DNA of 64,000 nucleotides. It comes from the human T2T-CHM13v2.0 reference genome, Homo sapiens. The notes beneath the pieces were generated by a model. That model worked only from the letters and a program-made list of their open reading frames with translations, had not been told where the DNA came from and searched no databases. Position 1 is the stretch's first letter. Every line of letters begins with the position of its first letter. The stretch is from NCBI RefSeq assembly GCF_009914755.1, contig NC_060930.1, one strand, 5' to 3'. Shown here one piece after another: positions 60,505 to 64,000 of this stretch. The translations under genes and the position numbers were made by a program.

Positions 60505-62192
60505 CCCTAAAGGGCTGGCAAATTCTTCCAGTTAGAAATAGAGGCAAGTCTTGATGCGGTCCTCTTTACTTCTTAATCGTCTTCTGGTTTTAAGTGCATT
60601 GCCCACTTTGACTGGTACCCACTCACTGGGAGGTTGGAGGACTGGCTAACTCCCTTGGAATTTCTCAGGGATTCCTGATGAAAGTGAGTGGACTCACTCC
60701 CAGGTGCCCAAACACCTGCCCTCTGCTGGGCTGCCTTCCCTCTGATCTGGTACAATTATTGTGGCAATCTATGACTGTGTCAGTTTCTTTGACAGTGCCT
60801 CTTTCCCCTATTTCATGCACTTTTCATCTGCTGTATGTTGCAGATCAGATTATTATCCCCAAAGGATGTACCTGGAGCCCTTTGTGAATCCCCACATTCA
60901 GAAATGCCATCACTCCCCTAGGCATCTTCTCTTTTTCGTAACGTTCTATCACTTGTGTTAATAATTGCCTCTACTTTCACAGTCTCTTTTTCACAGAGAA
61001 ACTTTAGAGAAACATTTTGGGCTTTTAATGGGAGGCATTTGTGTACTGAACTAAGTATCTGGGTGGCGGAGTCAATACAGTATAAATGTTTTTAGGTCAT
61101 CTGTCTTTGAGGTGGGCTGTTCACCTCCTTGTTCCCTTGTGGACCCCACTCTTGGGGTCCTGCAGCCTGTCTTCTTTCCCTCCATCAGCAGCTCCCAGGG
61201 AGAATGCATCCTATCCCTCTGAGGTGCTGTCATCTGACACCCTCCTGGACAGTCCCCCTCATTTGTGCTTTAAAGTGTTTGGCAACTGCCCCTTGTCATC
61301 AGCACTCTCAGTCCCACTGTTATTCTGGTGTCTTTGATGTGTATGTGGCTGACCCAACTGATACCCTGACTTCTCAGCTCCTTGACTTCCTCAGCTTGTG
61401 ACCTTTTTCTCCACTCCATCTTTCCCACAGCCATGATTCTAGTAGTCAGCTCAGGCTGCCATAAAAAATACTATTGACTGGGTGGCTTAAGAAACAGAAA
61501 TTAATTTCTCCCAGTTCCGCAGGCTGGAAGTTCAAGACCAGGGTTCCAGCATGGTCAGGTTCTGGTGAAGGCCCTCTTCCTGGCTTGCAGGTGGCTGCCT
61601 TCTCACCAACTCACCTATCTAGGAGAGTGAGAGAGAAAGCTCTCTTTCTTCCTCTTATTATAAGGCCACAGTTCTATTGTATTAGGGATGAATCTTTATG
61701 ATCTAATTTAACCTTAATTACCTCTTTAAAACTTTATATCTAGATATAGTCGAATTGGGGGCTATGGCTTCAACATACAAATTTTTTAGGGGGACACAAT
61801 TCAGTCTCTAGCATCCCACCCCTGCCCCCCAAATTCATGTTCTTATCTCATGCAAAATATATTCATTTCATCCCAACAGCTCCAAAAGTTTTAACTCATT
61901 TCAGCATCAACTCCAAAGTCTAAAGTCCAAAGGCTCATCTAAATATCATCTAAATCAGGTATGAGTGAGATTTGATGATGAATCTTGAGGCAAAATTCCT
62001 CTCTGGCTGAAACCTGTGAACTCACGCAGGTTATCTGTTTCTAAAATACAATGGTGGGACAGGCATAGGAGGGACATTCCCATTCCAAAAGAGATAAATT
62101 GAACAGAAGAAAGGGACAGCAGGCACCAAGCAAGTCCAAAACCTAGTTAGGCAAATCCCAATATATCTTAAGGTTCTAGGATAATCCTCTAG

Positions 62193-62615
<423 letters not shown>

Positions 62616-63300
62616 TACAATTCCTTTTTTCAATCCATCTTCCTTTTTTCACATTTGACTATAAGCAGTAAGGAGAAACCAAGCCTGTCCTTCAATCAAC
62701 ACTATGTTTAGAAATCTCCTTAACTAAATATCCAATTTCATTGCTTGCAAGTTATACTTCCACAAAACACTAGACACAGTTCAGCCATATTCTTTGCCAC
62801 TTTATAACAAGGATCACCTTTCCTCCAGTTTTCAATAACATGTTCTTCATTTCCATCCAGGATCTTAGCAGATTTTCCTTAATGCTCATATTCCTAGCAG
62901 GTACCTCAAAACTCTTCCAGCCTCTAGCCATTACCCAGTTTCAAAGCCATTTCCAAGTATTTAGGTATTTGTGTCAGCACCCCACTTCTGGTACCAAAAT
63001 CTGTGTTAGTCACCTCAGGCTGCCATAAGAAAATATCACAGACTGGGTGGCTTAAACAATGGAAGTTTATTTTCTCCCAGTTCTGGAGGCTGGAAGTTCA
63101 AGATCAGGGTACCAGCTGGATTGGGGTCTAGTGTGGGTCCTTTTTCTGGCTTGCAGATAGTTGCCTTCTTACTGTGCCCTCACACAACAGGGAGAAGGGG
63201 AGAAAGAGAGGGAGAGGGAGGCGAGGAGGGAGATATACATCTATATCTTCCTCTTCTTATAAGGCCACAGCCCTATCATATTAAGGCAGCACACTTATGA

Positions 63301-63615
<315 letters not shown>

Positions 63616-64000
63616 CTCATTTGGTCTTGATTACCTCCTGAAGACCCTATCTCCAGATACAATCACATTGAAAGGGTTTCAGCATATGAATTTGGGAGGG
63701 GGTCACATTTTAGTGTATAGCAATGTCCTAATGCCATTTTTACCCCAAACTCTGAGACTGATTATCCCATCTCTAAATACAACCTTGTCTCCTCCAGATC
63801 ATCCTCTCAGTTACTCCAACCCTACCTGTCTTCACCTTCACCAGGGTTTGGAGAAGTTCAACTCTTCCGTGCAACGCTTTTTCCTCACCACCCCCTTCCT
63901 GCTGCCTTCACTTCTTCTCTGACCTAGACTCCGCAGCCCACCACCTTCACAAAATCTGGTTAATATCCCAAACCCCACTGTTTTTTTTTCTTCTAATCTG

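Overview
Primate genomic DNA, almost certainly human. The only credible protein-coding sequence is coding exon 1 of the orphan SLC22-family transporter SLC22A23 on the minus strand (ATG 39304, splice donor after 38651, 218 codons), inside a ~2.1 kb CpG island. Positions 1-38650 are intron 1; no exon 2 was recognised. Positions above ~40.5 kb are upstream sequence. The window is repeat-rich: 30 Alus, old L1M/L2/L3/MIR fragments, DNA transposons (MER58A, MER20, MER63, MER47, MER5A, MER1B), MaLR LTRs including a two-LTR MLT1A provirus, and a HERV-H (LTR7-family) solo LTR. Nearly all other ORFs in the track are Alu-derived or GC-composition artefacts. I found no evidence for a new multi-gene system. 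The most unusual signals are small: two locally templated insertions flanked by duplications (6.9 kb, 46.9 kb), a perfect nested tandem duplication in a MER20, a fold-back hairpin inside a MER47, three uORFs and a (GGA)8 tract at the SLC22A23 5' end, a possible divergent spliced transcript at ~41.1-41.8 kb, and several candidate enhancers. Repeat subfamily calls come from remembered consensus features, not a RepeatMasker run.
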